A stretch of 64,000 bases of DNA from Actinomycetota bacterium. Its GTDB lineage: Bacteria; Actinomycetota; Thermoleophilia; Solirubrobacterales; JACPNS01. Positions within the stretch are counted from its first letter, which is position 1, and the number at the start of each line of letters is the position of its first letter. Made by a program: the position numbers and the translations under genes. The stretch spans positions 4,125-68,124 of the forward strand of contig JACQZY010000019.1 in assembly GCA_016213645.1 (NCBI GenBank). The letters run 5' to 3'. Below are positions 63,735 through 64,000 of the stretch, one piece after another. The notes beneath the pieces were generated by a model. It did not search any database, was not told the DNA's origin, and worked only from the letters and a program-made list of their open reading frames with translations.

Positions 63735-64000
63735 CTATTCGCAGGGCGTGGTCGTCTGCGTTGACAACTTGATTTGAGTCTTGGTGGCATCGGCCATCTT
63801 GCGAGTCTCCACGATGTGAAACAGTCGCGGACGGCCGGGAGCCGTCGAGCAACCCTTTCCGTTCAGCAGCCTCACCGCACTGATCACGACCGTGTCGCCC
63901 TCCTGATGCACATCTGTGATCGCGAGTTGCGATCCCTTCGGGCTCTTCGGCAAGAAAAGCCCGTTTGCCTGACGCGATTTGAAGTCGATCGGCGCAATCG
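63735..64000 (-). CDS. hypothetical protein, N-terminus beyond the window end
   Basis: The frame of track ORF 63735..63953 stays open to position 64000 (checked by hand): ...IAPIDFKSRQANGLFLPKSPKGSQLAITDVHQEGDTVVISAVRLLNGKG...TTTPCE. The TTG at 63953 is a weak start, so the gene probably begins outside the window. Confidence 0.4.
   Translation of the reverse strand, partial: IAPIDFKSRQANGLFLPKSPKGSQLAITDVHQEGDTVVISAVRLLNGKGCSTAPGRPRLFHIVETRKMADATKTQIKLSTQTTTPCE

Overview
GC-rich, gene-dense chromosomal window with about 65 protein-coding genes. I recognised no rRNA, tRNA or CRISPR array by eye. The gene content looks like an Actinomycetota-type genome (inference only): a CysO/Mec/CysM/MoeZ sulfur-carrier cysteine pathway, GuaB3 plus GuaA, WS/DGAT, TadE-like pseudopilins, many 4-nt stop/start overlaps, and -10 boxes set close to start codons. 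Left to right: (1) two TadE-like genes, a coupled repeat protein and a GGDEF cyclase with a large low-complexity ectodomain. (2) A phosphate module: an Asp-less OmpR-type regulator, DUF47 and a small membrane protein, divergent from pstSCAB-phoU across a 4-unit PHO-box-like repeat, followed by uppP and ppx. (3) A CDP-alcohol transferase/NeuD-like acetyltransferase/TauE operon. (4) guaA-guaB3, and a long minus-strand operon tldD-pmbA-hup-pyrF-lysM-dac-pfkB. (5) rph-rdgB, an orphan Flp-like pilin, GT4 and nadB. (6) A small lower-GC islet, hydantoinase A/B, DUF1802 and a secreted alpha/beta hydrolase. (7) The cysM / mec / cysO / moeZ cluster. (8) A NarL-type two-component system, then a ~580-bp GGAG-core minisatellite and a Y1 (IS200/RAYT-like) transposase gene. 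(9) A P-type ATPase and ppsA. (10) rrf2-sufCDSU, a thioesterase, a decayed AAA ATPase remnant, then sufB. (11) ispH and WS/DGAT. Most of the window is ordinary core metabolism, and I do not see a clear new multi-gene system. The most unusual signals are: the non-coding 25/50-bp-period minisatellite next to the Y1 transposase; the phosphoacceptor-less regulator/DUF47 module beside pst; two conserved N-termini that can only be translated from ATC (or CTG) codons; a nested palindromic element between convergent genes; and atypical features of the CysO pathway (GG-AA tail, N-terminal rhodanese on the E1-like enzyme). Many long ORFs in the supplied track are antisense or out-of-frame shadows typical of high-GC DNA, and I rejected them.
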